Shown here piece after piece: positions 41,876 through 51,515 of a stretch of 64,000 bases of DNA. The stretch lies in contig DYNZ01000001.1 of NCBI GenBank assembly GCA_020720805.1, forward strand, positions 46,374 to 110,373. The letters run 5' to 3'. Origin of the DNA: Leptospira biflexa. GTDB lineage: Bacteria > Spirochaetota > DYNZ01. Numbering within the stretch: position 1 is the first letter of the stretch; the number at the start of each line of letters is the position of its first letter. The notes under the pieces were generated by a model, which searched no databases, was not told where the DNA came from, and worked only from the letters and a program-made list of their open reading frames with translations. Made by a program: the position numbers and the translations under genes.

Positions 41876-44408
41876 CCGCAGTTTGAATTCGAGTCAGAGC
41901 GAAAGCGGGGTATAAGGCAGCCCCCAACGAGGAAACGATCGCAAGAATTATAGCGTACAATTGTAGATCAGGTTGAAAAATAAAAGGAAAATCCCAGCCA
42001 AAGGATCTACGATTGATTACATGGATCAGAATAAAGGACATAGCGTTTCCTAGGGGAATGGCAAGAACTCCTGCAATGATGCCAGTGACTCCTGTCTGGA
42101 TAAGTATCAGCACAAACAGACTTTTCCTGCTGAGGCCTAAAGCGCGAAGGATACCAAATTCTCTTTTTCTCTCTAACTGCAAGGCCATGAGGGAGCTCAA
42201 TATAGCGATAAACGCCACAAGAATCGCAATAAATTGGAGCATATAGGTGATGATAAATGTCTTGTCAAAGATATCAATGGAGTACTCTAAAAGAGATCTG
42301 CCAGATTGCATTACAATATCCCGATTGGGTCCAGTAATGGCAAGAATCTCCTTCTCCACCTGTTTTTTTAACGTTCGCTTATTAAGAAAAAGGGAGATTC
42401 CTGAAACATTGGTATCGTCCCAGTACTGGCGATAGATCGCATCGCTAATGGATATCTGTCCCTGATCGCTTGAGTAATCGTCATATACACCTTCTACAAC
42501 AAATGAGATGGATTTTTCTTTACCGTAAAGAAGGATGGTTTGTCCGAGATTTATGTTGTGTTTATATGCCAACGATTGAGAAATAAAAGCGATAGGTTCT
42601 GATTCCATTTTTTTCCATAATAATTCTACTGGCTTTCTTTTTTCGCGAAGAAAGGATTGTTCAGTTTTTGCATTCCCCAAGCGAAACGCTCTTATGCGCT
42701 GGGTTCCGATGGAAGTAGGCATACTAACTTCTCTGAAATAGCTGATTTCCTCTACACCGGATAGAGATTTTAGTTTTGTTACGAGTGAATAGGGTAAACT
42801 GGCTATCGTTTGCAGTCGTATATTTCCAGGAGCGGTTATATAAATATCCGCAGATAACCGTGAGGCTAGCCAGGTTTGAACAGTTGCCCGAAAGCTTTCT
42901 ATCATTGTACCAACACCGATGACGACAGAAATAGCAATTGCCAATGAGGCAATAGCCAGACCGCTACGACTCATATAGCGTGATATGGACTGGATCCCCA
43001 TTTTCCAGTGGAATAATCGATAGCGATGCAAGAAAGGCAAGCTAAGATGCACAATCCAATAAGCAATGACAGGGGTAGATAGGCTCAATCCAATGATAAG
43101 GAAAAAAAGGGCGAGAAATCCATTGATTAGACCTTTTCCTGGTAGTAAGGTGATTAGACCTGATGCGGTTACGAAGGAGAGTCCAATTCCAGCAAAAAGC
43201 GGCAGCCGTCGCAAAAGGTTCTGTTCGCTTACCGAGCGCAACATTCCCTGGCGTGGCTCAATCTTGGCCATCTCCAGAGCGGGTATTAAAGAAGAAAAAA
43301 TGGCGATTCCCATACCAAGAAAAAAGCTATTGGATAATGTGGAAAAGGGGATTTGATGATTCTGCAGATTGGTTGTAAAGTAAAGGTTGTTGATTGTTTG
43401 CAGAATTACTGAAAGAAAACTCGAAGATATAGCTATTCCCAGGAGAATTCCAAGCAACGATCCAAACCATCCGAATAAAAAAGCTTCTTGAATGACTAGG
43501 AAAAAGATCTCCTTTCTGCTGGCTCCCAGAGCCCGAAGAAGTCCTATCGTTTCACGACGTTGCATCACAGAAAAGGAAATTGTATTAAAAATAAGAAAGC
43601 CACCAACAATAAGGGACAATAGGCTCATTGCCTTTAGGTTTGTCCGGAAGGCCTGGGTCATAGTTTGGACATCACGAGACGCTTTCCCTTTAGCCAAGAT
43701 TTGTGCATTTTGCGGTAGAATTTTTTGAATCATCGGAATGGTCGCAATGTCCTGGTCTGCCACCATGAGGTCGATTCTGGATAAGCGACCCGGAATTTCC
43801 AGGATTTTTTGTGCGCCCCCGATGTCCATGATCAGCAAGTTTTCCAGTAACCTCTCGTCTGAGATTGATTCTCCACGTAAAAAACCGATGATACGAAGTA
43901 CTTTGTTAATACCTCCAACCTGAATTTTGACATAGCCATCCTGTTTCAGACCATGCTGTTTCGCTGTTTTCTCAGAGATAAAAACAGAATTCGGATTGGA
44001 AATAAATTCATGAAGGGCTTTGTCAAATTTTCCGAGAGGCTGCAAAAAATTGCGAAAAGGGTTATCCGCAAAGGGATCCAGAGCCAATAAGCGAATCTGA
44101 GTAGGCTCTGATCCAGACAAACGAACGAAGGTATCAATGACTGGCGCTGTACTCTTAACACCGAGTTCCGTTCTGATTTGCTTGTATAAGCTATCTTCGC
44201 AGGTTACAGGGTAACAATGGATAGAATGTGTTGCCCTTCCCGTGCTGGCGGTAAGCGATAAATGAAAGGAGGCGAAAGCGCTTTGTTGGGCAATGTCAAC
44301 AGCGACAATAACGGCAACGCCGATCGCAATTCCAAGTACCGATAAGAAGAGCTGCATTGGATGACGCAGGAAAAAAGCAAAACCGGCTTTTGTTAAGATA
44401 GGGATCAT
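41856..44408 (-). CDS. ABC transporter permease, duplicated FtsX-like (AttF/G-like)
   Basis: Two MacB/FtsX repeats (QRRETIGLLRALGAS; ERKREFGILRALGLS). Confidence 0.92.
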   Translation of the reverse strand: MIPILTKAGFAFFLRHPMQLFLSVLGIAIGVAVIVAVDIAQQSAFASFHLSLTASTGRATHSIHCYPVTCEDSLYKQIRTELGVKSTAPVIDTFVRLSGSEPTQIRLLALDPFADNPFRNFLQPLGKFDKALHEFISNPNSVFISEKTAKQHGLKQDGYVKIQVGGINKVLRIIGFLRGESISDERLLENLLIMDIGGAQKILEIPGRLSRIDLMVADQDIATIPMIQKILPQNAQILAKGKASRDVQTMTQAFRTNLKAMSLLSLIVGGFLIFNTISFSVMQRRETIGLLRALGASRKEIFFLVIQEAFLFGWFGSLLGILLGIAISSSFLSVILQTINNLYFTTNLQNHQIPFSTLSNSFFLGMGIAIFSSLIPALEMAKIEPRQGMLRSVSEQNLLRRLPLFAGIGLSFVTASGLITLLPGKGLINGFLALFFLIIGLSLSTPVIAYWIVHLSLPFLHRYRLFHWKMGIQSISRYMSRSGLAIASLAIAISVVIGVGTMIESFRATVQTWLASRLSADIYITAPGNIRLQTIASLPYSLVTKLKSLSGVEEISYFREVSMPTSIGTQRIRAFRLGNAKTEQSFLREKRKPVELLWKKMESEPIAFISQSLAYKHNINLGQTILLYGKEKSISFVVEGVYDDYSSDQGQISISDAIYRQYWDDTNVSGISLFLNKRTLKKQVEKEILAITGPNRDIVMQSGRSLLEYSIDIFDKTFIITYMLQFIAILVAFIAILSSLMALQLERKREFGILRALGLSRKSLFVLILIQTGVTGIIAGVLAIPLGNAMSFILIHVINRRSFGWDFPFIFQPDLQLYAIILAIVSSLGAALYPAFALTRIQTADALHEE

Positions 44409-45094
44409 TATTTTACCTCACCTGAAATCTCTTCCAGATGGCCGTTTCGAATCTGAATAATGCGGTCTGCAATACGGCAGAGATCTTTATTGTGAGTTGC
44501 CATGATAAGGGTTTTATTATAGGATTTTATAAATTGCAAGAGAATATGGATCACCTGAGCGGATGTGCTGTCATCTAGATTTCCTGTAGGTTCATCTGCC
44601 AAAACCAGTTCAGGATTGTGTATGATAGCTCTGGCAATGGCTATTCTTTGTTGCTCTCCTCCTGATAACGTGTCGGGATATTGGTTCTCTTTGTTTTTCA
44701 GCGATAGTTTTTCAAGTAGAAGATCAACCTGGTCCTTTTCTGCCGGCAGCAGATTGTTGAGTTCCAGAGGTAGCAACAGGTTATCACGAACAGTTAATGT
44801 CGGGATTAGGTTAAAAAACTGAAAAATAAACCCAATATTTTTTCTGCGAAACAGGGTTCTCTCTGCCTCGGAATGAAAGGCGAGAGAGCGGTTATAAAAC
44901 CGTATCTCCCCTTGATCGGGACTATCAATTCCACTTATAAGATTTAAAAATGTACTTTTACCTGAACCACTTTTGCCGAGGAGTATGATAATCTCACCTG
45001 CATTCACCGAAAAGGAGACATCTGCAAGCACAGAGATGGACTCTTTTCCCTGGGTGTAGGATTTATGCAGATTTTTAAGTTCGATGAGAGCCAT
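44408..45094 (-). CDS. ABC transporter ATPase (LolD/MacB-type)
   Basis: GKSGSGKST, LSGGEQQR, LADEPTGNLD, ATH. Start MALIEL with GGAG RBS. Confidence 0.95.
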   Translation of the reverse strand: MALIELKNLHKSYTQGKESISVLADVSFSVNAGEIIILLGKSGSGKSTFLNLISGIDSPDQGEIRFYNRSLAFHSEAERTLFRRKNIGFIFQFFNLIPTLTVRDNLLLPLELNNLLPAEKDQVDLLLEKLSLKNKENQYPDTLSGGEQQRIAIARAIIHNPELVLADEPTGNLDDSTSAQVIHILLQFIKSYNKTLIMATHNKDLCRIADRIIQIRNGHLEEISGEVK

Positions 45095-45365
45095 TGGTTT
45101 TCTCCGATTTTTGAAGCAATATAAATAATGTAGCACATTTTTTTATAATGTGCCTTTGTAATTTGAAGAAATCGGCTTTTCTTCGGCATCAGCTCGGATT
45201 GCCAGTTTTGCGGGGATTATGACTCTTATTGGCGAGGGTTATTTTATAAAAACTCCAGAAATGATTTATAAAATTTATAGACATATTTGCAAATTCCTTT
45301 ATACCTCCCTGAAATAGGAAAACAGAAACTTGATTTTTCTCTAGAACGGTCTACAGGGAGGAAAC

Positions 45366-47489
45366 GTGGCTGATTTGCATGGGAATTTCGGTGAACAACG
45401 AGACCAGGAGTTTATTATTCCAGAATTTAAAAAGATAATCATTATCGACGCTCATGATACGATTCTCAAGAGGGATTTTAGCCGAACTCCACAAAATATT
45501 TTTCAGGATCCCCATGACCGGGATACAATTGTTTGGCAGCTAAGGGAAGGATTTCAAAATTTTCTCGATTATTTTGGGGCAATTAAAAAAATTAAAATCG
45601 TGATTAGCTCCGATGGCGACCAGGATCGTTTGAAAGAAATTTTCATCAGGTTTGGTATTTTTAAGCAATTTGATGCGATTTATGGATTCAAACATATTCA
45701 TAAAGAGACCTACTTAAAGCAACTGGATCAGATCCTTGCTGATTTTCACATGGAGCCTCGAGATGCTGTTTTCATAGGAGATAGTAAGATCGACGCCTAT
45801 TCTGCCCAAAAGTATGGAGTCGATTTTATTTCTGTGCCGAATACCGTTTCAGACAGACATTTTTCTTTTAACTCATTCCTGCATATCCGTTTTACAAGAC
45901 CTCCCTACGGACTGGAGTTACAAAGAATTATTAACATCAAACACATCTATCACAATCTTGCTTCCCCTGTCCTGGTAGAAATGGCGATCCAGCGCGGGGA
46001 AGGTGTTCTTTCGCATAAAGGGTCTTTGGTTGTTCACACGGGAGACATCTCATCGCATTTATTAAAAGGACGTTACATTGTTAAAGAACCAAGCACAGAA
46101 CATAGAGTCACTTGGGATACAAGTGATTTTCATCCCCTTGATCCAGATAATTTTAATATCTTATTTTTACGTTTAAAAGCTTTTTTACAGGATCGTGAGA
46201 TTTTTATCCAGGACTGCTATGTTGGCTCTGACCCTGATCACTGTATGCCGCTTCGCATTATAACCCAGACAGCCTGGCATGGTTTATTTGCCAGAAATAT
46301 GTTTATTCAAGCAAGCAAAGAGCAGATGGAGGATTATTTTCCTGAGTACACCATTATCCATGTTCCCCATTTTAAGGCGATACCGGAGGTGGATGGTACT
46401 AGCGCTGAGGCCTTTGTGATTGTGCATCTGGTTAAGAAGGTTGTGTTAATCGGCGGCACTCATTATGGCGGTGAAATCCGCAGGGCAGTAAATACTCTGA
46501 TAAGTTTCTTTTATATTCAGGAAGATATCTTACCTGTAAAATTTTCTTCCAATATTGGTCGCAACCATGATTTAGCTGTTTTTTGGGGAGAGCCAAACAT
46601 TCGAAAAAGTTCGGTAAGCTTGGATTCCGAGAGAGATTTTTTTGGAGATGCCTATCATGGTTGGACTGAAAATCATATATTTAACCTTGAATGGGGATGT
46701 TATATTCCGGTTTCCAATCTTACTAAAAACACAAATCCATTTTTATATGAATCAGTTCATACTTTTTCCACCATCCTGGAAAATGTAAAAATTAACAAGG
46801 AAAGACGTACAGATTTTCATGCGGAGATTTATGAAAATCCAAGAGCCTGCTTTCCCAAATCTCATTTTCGCTTTGTTGATCGAAGTGGAATCAGCGATCA
46901 TCCTAAAAATATTTTTATTTTTATGAAAGATGGCATGGGGATATTTCCGGCCATTTCCAGAATTAGCCGGGCTCAGGGAGCCTTTTATCTCTTTATGGGA
47001 TATAACTCTGATAGGATTTTTGACCTTAAGGAGACAGAAAGCTCCCATAGATTCCGGTTTCAGCCTTTTTTTAACGATAACCCTTTTACCTTTCCGCCGG
47101 TTGTGTATGCTTTGCACGTCTGGGAAAAGATGGAGCGAAGTCTGGCGCAATGTTGGCTAATAAATTACTCCCATGTAGGCCACCTAAGCAGCCCGAACTG
47201 TTGGCATACTGATGAAAGAATCAGTGATTTGATCAAGTACGTTTTGCAAGATGAGTTTGAGGCGGATAAATGGATATTTGATCCGGTGTGGGGGTTTGAG
47301 GTACTAAAATCGTGGCCACGGGCAGAACAGAATGTTCCTTCATCGCTTTTACCTGTAGATATATGGGACGAGCGCAGCCTTTTTTTGATATGGCGCAGGC
47401 ATTTGATAGCCAGGTTTCATAAAAATCTTGATCCATACAAGCGCGATCTCGATCCGGAGATAGTGGATGCCTCTCCGACTGCTGAATAG
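45366..47489 (+). CDS. HAD-like domain fused to a degenerate ATP-dependent PEP carboxykinase domain
   Basis: N-terminal IIIDAHDTIL...FIGDSKID. C-terminal PckA scaffold (HNLASPVLVE, AWHGLFARNMFI, LIGGTHYGGEI, HGW..IFNLE.GCY, ILENV, EN.R, HPKNI) with eroded active-site motifs. GTG start with GGAGG RBS. Confidence 0.85.
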   Translation: MADLHGNFGEQRDQEFIIPEFKKIIIIDAHDTILKRDFSRTPQNIFQDPHDRDTIVWQLREGFQNFLDYFGAIKKIKIVISSDGDQDRLKEIFIRFGIFKQFDAIYGFKHIHKETYLKQLDQILADFHMEPRDAVFIGDSKIDAYSAQKYGVDFISVPNTVSDRHFSFNSFLHIRFTRPPYGLELQRIINIKHIYHNLASPVLVEMAIQRGEGVLSHKGSLVVHTGDISSHLLKGRYIVKEPSTEHRVTWDTSDFHPLDPDNFNILFLRLKAFLQDREIFIQDCYVGSDPDHCMPLRIITQTAWHGLFARNMFIQASKEQMEDYFPEYTIIHVPHFKAIPEVDGTSAEAFVIVHLVKKVVLIGGTHYGGEIRRAVNTLISFFYIQEDILPVKFSSNIGRNHDLAVFWGEPNIRKSSVSLDSERDFFGDAYHGWTENHIFNLEWGCYIPVSNLTKNTNPFLYESVHTFSTILENVKINKERRTDFHAEIYENPRACFPKSHFRFVDRSGISDHPKNIFIFMKDGMGIFPAISRISRAQGAFYLFMGYNSDRIFDLKETESSHRFRFQPFFNDNPFTFPPVVYALHVWEKMERSLAQCWLINYSHVGHLSSPNCWHTDERISDLIKYVLQDEFEADKWIFDPVWGFEVLKSWPRAEQNVPSSLLPVDIWDERSLFLIWRRHLIARFHKNLDPYKRDLDPEIVDASPTAE

Positions 47490-47498
47490 CGGTGATAT

Positions 47499-48845
47499 AT
47501 GATACTTCAAGAAAAAATTGTTCAGGTCTATAATCAGGTTTCGAGTCTCTTATCTTTGGATGATCCTGAAATGCAGGTTCACATGGTGGTCAAACATCAT
47601 AAGGGAGAAGAACGGTTGTTTGATAGTTTTGTGCATGATCTCTATCTGCTGCGCTATAAAGGAGACCTCTTTATAGCAAAGGAGGAGAGCGTGTATGAAA
47701 ATATTAATCACTGCTCCTACGATTTCCGTAGTTTTTTTCACTTTGTGCATTCAGTATTTAATGTTGGGGATTATAGCACTCCTTATTGGACCTATTATGG
47801 CACGGACGAGGATGGCCAGAAACAGGAAATTCAGTTTGTCTACTGGCAGCTTTTAGAAAAGCAGCATGTCCTAAAGCAGCTGTCGGATGATATAGAAGAT
47901 AAGGAGATTGATGATCCTGTTATATTAAATTTATTTCAGATTTACCTTCAGAAAAAAAGAAGCCTGATCCAGGTAGACGGAGAAATTTATACGGATATAT
48001 ACAATCAGCATGGTCGGGATGTTGTCAACGAGGTGCTGGCTTCTGCTGTAGGGCAGATGCTGGATATTAAAGTTCCGATAAATTTTTTTGGAATGCAGAA
48101 TGTCGAATTTCAGCAGCCTTTCTCCCGGCTGGAGCAGGGGGATGTCATTCAAGGGGTACGTCGCTTTTCCTTGACCAAATCAATCTGTAATGATTTTCCC
48201 TGTCTCTCATTTTTTCAGGATTTGTATATGGAAATCTATAAAGACAAGGCCTTAGAAGAGCTTCGTCTTGATTTAACTAAAGTATGGCATCGTGGCAACC
48301 CCTTTCATTTTTTTCTGGATGGAGAGAACAAGGATGCCAAAATCTCCCAATTTCGCCAGACGCTACAGCCCTGGATACGCTCCCATTACCCGAATTATCT
48401 TGATTTTATTGATTCCGATATTCTGGATCGATTTTTAGGAGCGTATGACGACAGAAAAATTCAGGAGTTTTTACTGTATCAGGGATCGGATGGAAATATT
48501 TTTACTGTAGATTACGGTGAGATATTATTTCCCCAATTGGGACTCGATAGTCAGGATATTCGGTTTATCACCAAGCAGCATGAATTCGTGCAGAAATTTT
48601 TAGCCTATTGTGAAGAGGTTCTGAATTCCGAAGATTTGATGTATCGAAAGCACCTTCTGCTTTTTTTGGAAAAACTAAACCATTTGCCAGAAGATTTCTT
48701 TGAAGGTTTAATCTCCAGAATGCCAAAGTTTTTTTTTCAATACCACTGGGATAATCATAAATTGAGTTATCGTCCTGATACCATCGTCTCTTTTTTCCAG
48801 TATTATATGTCCGAGATTCGTAACCATTTGGGTACTTATGTATAA
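47499..48845 (+). CDS. Hypothetical protein with HipA-like atypical kinase motifs
   Basis: VNEVLASAVGQMLDIKVP; LDRFLGAYDDRKIQEFLL...FTVDYG; 9 bp after the upstream gene. Confidence 0.55.
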   Translation: MILQEKIVQVYNQVSSLLSLDDPEMQVHMVVKHHKGEERLFDSFVHDLYLLRYKGDLFIAKEESVYENINHCSYDFRSFFHFVHSVFNVGDYSTPYWTYYGTDEDGQKQEIQFVYWQLLEKQHVLKQLSDDIEDKEIDDPVILNLFQIYLQKKRSLIQVDGEIYTDIYNQHGRDVVNEVLASAVGQMLDIKVPINFFGMQNVEFQQPFSRLEQGDVIQGVRRFSLTKSICNDFPCLSFFQDLYMEIYKDKALEELRLDLTKVWHRGNPFHFFLDGENKDAKISQFRQTLQPWIRSHYPNYLDFIDSDILDRFLGAYDDRKIQEFLLYQGSDGNIFTVDYGEILFPQLGLDSQDIRFITKQHEFVQKFLAYCEEVLNSEDLMYRKHLLLFLEKLNHLPEDFFEGLISRMPKFFFQYHWDNHKLSYRPDTIVSFFQYYMSEIRNHLGTYV

Positions 48846-48858
48846 CTATAAGCTTTTT

Positions 48859-51264
48859 TTACCTGTAGATGCCTAATTCAGAGCTGTCTGCTGAATCGAT
48901 GCCGGTGAAAAGCATTCCCTGTCCCTCTTTACCTCGTTCAAAGAAACCGTCTGGAGCAAAGCCTTCCCATACCTCGCGTAGAGCCTCCCAGAGCATATCC
49001 AGGTAGGCCTCATAATCATACTTTACTGTTTCTGGATTTTTTAGATACACGACCTCTTCTGCCTGGTATCTCTGGGATGGGTTTTTGTGGCGTTTAGCCA
49101 GGATTAGGTACCTGAGCTTTTCTCCTGGTTGAACTTCAATCGAAAAATTTTGCAGTTGCTGCAATGATAAAGCCGTAGCGTTTTCAACGGTATAGCTTTC
49201 CAGCTCTTTGCCTACAGTTTTACGCAGCAGTAGCTCTTGCCAGGGTACCTGTCGTGCTCTAAGTAGCGCGTCATACTTTCGATAAATCAATTCTATCTGT
49301 GGATGCAGCTCGCGCAGTTCAGCAATACCTGTTTTTTGCTGCATGAGAGACAGCATCTCCCATTGCGCCTTACGGATGAAGAGGGGAATGTCTTTGCGCC
49401 GCACCATGATACCGCGCACTTTGATCTCGCCACTGAAAAGACGGCCAAAATAGCGGTTAGAGACAGGGTCTTTTTTGTCCATTTTTGAGGGAGAAAATAC
49501 CAGCCAGGTAAAAAAGCCGTCTATTCCCATCTCGATGCCTGTTACCTGTCTGATCTCCGTGCAAAGAAGCTTAATCTCTTTGTCAATGTCCTCCTGACGG
49601 ATTTTCTTTTTTTTTTGAATAAAGATACTGTCTGTAATGGCATTGATTAGAAAGAACCCTCTTTTTTCTGCCAGCTCTTTGGCCTGTAGTAGCTTTTCCC
49701 GGCCAAAAGCGGTAACAGATTCATGGCTCTCCAGGCGGCCAAACTTGGCATTGCGGTAGCCAAGATAACCAAAAGAGGTGACTAGAAGCCATTTTATGGA
49801 TCTTTGCCGGGCATCAGCAATCTCTCTCTCCTGTTGACTAATCGAGATATCCTTGCTTCTTTGTTTCAGCCAACGCCGGCGCTGTAGAATGTCGGTTAAC
49901 GCCTGGCTCACGACACCTTTTCGTTTTATACAGATATGATAGCCTGCTTCAGGAACACGGGGGGCATCTTGCTCGTTAGCGCAGCAGCGGCATAGCACAG
50001 TCTCCGGTGAAATGTTGTGCATTACCATAATGGAGGGGTACATCTGGGCAAAGTCAAGCTGGTACACACCTTCAAAAACAAAGCCATTACGGATGTCCGG
50101 TTCAAAAACCAGCCCCCCTTTGTCGATCTGCAGTAGCTCATAGGCTGTCTTCGCCTCCTCCACGCTACTCTTTTGCCAGGGAACCAGATAATCCTGCTCC
50201 AAAGCCACCTTTATTTCCATATAGGTCAGAGCATTGCCTGTTGAAGCTCTGGCCATTTTTTGTACAGGCAGACGGCTCATGCGCGCCAGCTCTAAAATTC
50301 CGTACAATTCACTCTCCTTGTACACAAAGCTGTTGGCGCTGTCAATATGCCATCTGCCAAACAGCGGATAGGAGGGAGCCCGGTAGATCATATTTCCATA
50401 GCTGTTGTAACTGCTGCCCCTGGTAATGATCTTTCTAACAGTTCTGCCTGGATCACGATCCAGCTTAAGGGGCAATCTACTTTTCTGAGCCATGGAAAAA
50501 AAGGCAGGGAAAAGAATTTGATCTCCAAATGATGATAGAATGACGTCAGGGTCATGATCCGTAAGCAATTGGTTGAGCTTGCGGATAAATGCATCTGGTG
50601 CAGAAAAGGTAAGGACGTACTCTTTTTTGTCAGGTGTCTGCACGCGTAGAGGGTTATCTGGGCTTAAACCAAGCCTGTGGCTTTTTGTAAGTTGCATAGA
50701 AAGAGTGCGCAGTGGAGGTAAGCTGTACTCCTGGAGTTTTGGATCTTCGATTACCTTTATCTGCATCAGCCTATTGTTTTGAGGGGTAGCCAGAGAGAGG
50801 CGGCTATCCAGTTTCAACCAGTCAGCTCTAATTTTCGCCAGCGGAAAGATGCCTTTATGGAGCATATAATGGGAGGGAATATCGATATCGCTGTGATAGA
50901 TATCAAGTTTGTCGATAAAATGATAAATTTTACTGTAGATGGTGCGCAGAAATGAGGCTTTTTGAAATTGCAGAGCCAGTACATGGATCCAGCGGTTTTC
51001 ATAAAAGTGTTTTTTCTGTTTGGGGGTCGGCTTGCTGGCGAGCACATGCAACTCCAGTAAACGCCTGACAAGTTTGTGCATGGTCTCTTTATCGCCTGCA
51101 ATATAGATCTCTGGAAAGAACTGATCCGTAAGAGCTATAGCTTTGCCATTGTCGTCAAGAATCCACAGGTATATCAAATCTTCAAAATGATACACATCAA
51201 AGAGATAACCTACCGTAGATATGACATTACGGTGGTCGAATAGGTGGGTGTTAGACAGCATCAT
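48859..51264 (-). CDS. B-family DNA polymerase, PolB2-like, exonuclease-degenerate
   Basis: Motif A LDFAQMYPSIM, motif B KWLLVTSFGYLG, motif C AITDSIF, NRYFG, VRGIMVRR. True start likely MMLSNT (51264), overlapping the upstream stop. Confidence 0.92.
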   Translation of the reverse strand: MMLSNTHLFDHRNVISTVGYLFDVYHFEDLIYLWILDDNGKAIALTDQFFPEIYIAGDKETMHKLVRRLLELHVLASKPTPKQKKHFYENRWIHVLALQFQKASFLRTIYSKIYHFIDKLDIYHSDIDIPSHYMLHKGIFPLAKIRADWLKLDSRLSLATPQNNRLMQIKVIEDPKLQEYSLPPLRTLSMQLTKSHRLGLSPDNPLRVQTPDKKEYVLTFSAPDAFIRKLNQLLTDHDPDVILSSFGDQILFPAFFSMAQKSRLPLKLDRDPGRTVRKIITRGSSYNSYGNMIYRAPSYPLFGRWHIDSANSFVYKESELYGILELARMSRLPVQKMARASTGNALTYMEIKVALEQDYLVPWQKSSVEEAKTAYELLQIDKGGLVFEPDIRNGFVFEGVYQLDFAQMYPSIMVMHNISPETVLCRCCANEQDAPRVPEAGYHICIKRKGVVSQALTDILQRRRWLKQRSKDISISQQEREIADARQRSIKWLLVTSFGYLGYRNAKFGRLESHESVTAFGREKLLQAKELAEKRGFFLINAITDSIFIQKKKKIRQEDIDKEIKLLCTEIRQVTGIEMGIDGFFTWLVFSPSKMDKKDPVSNRYFGRLFSGEIKVRGIMVRRKDIPLFIRKAQWEMLSLMQQKTGIAELRELHPQIELIYRKYDALLRARQVPWQELLLRKTVGKELESYTVENATALSLQQLQNFSIEVQPGEKLRYLILAKRHKNPSQRYQAEEVVYLKNPETVKYDYEAYLDMLWEALREVWEGFAPDGFFERGKEGQGMLFTGIDSADSSELGIYR

Positions 51265-51514
51265 CTGCCGTAGGATCCAGTTGCCTGCGCAGCTCGTTGA
51301 TCTGTTTTTGCTGTTCAATGAGAATTGCCAGCAAAATGGAATCGATCGGATTAGGGTTGGCTGCCATGACTCCAGCCTGCACATTAAATTTTGCATGACG
51401 AAACAGTTCATCAAAAATGAGCTGATCTTCCTTGCGCAAAGCTCGACGAAAATTCTGCAATCGTCTTCGGATGATTTGTAGCTGCATGGAATACGGTGTA
51501 ACAGTCCTGCCCAT
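51251..51514 (-). CDS. Small helical PolB2-associated protein (arCOG07300-like)
   Basis: 87 aa MGRTVTPYS..FRRALRKEDQLIFDELF..A..P...ILIEQQKQI; sits between the RadA-like gene and polB. Confidence 0.8.
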   Translation of the reverse strand: MGRTVTPYSMQLQIIRRRLQNFRRALRKEDQLIFDELFRHAKFNVQAGVMAANPNPIDSILLAILIEQQKQINELRRQLDPTADDAV

Positions 51515-51515
51515 A

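Noticed and set aside
40676-45094. ABC transporter plus lipocalin-like protein as a novel system
   Set aside because: Matches the widespread AttEFGH-like arrangement; not new.
45171-45187. GCCGA sigma28-like -10 elements upstream of the ABC operon
   Set aside because: No matching -35 element at 15-16 bp spacing.
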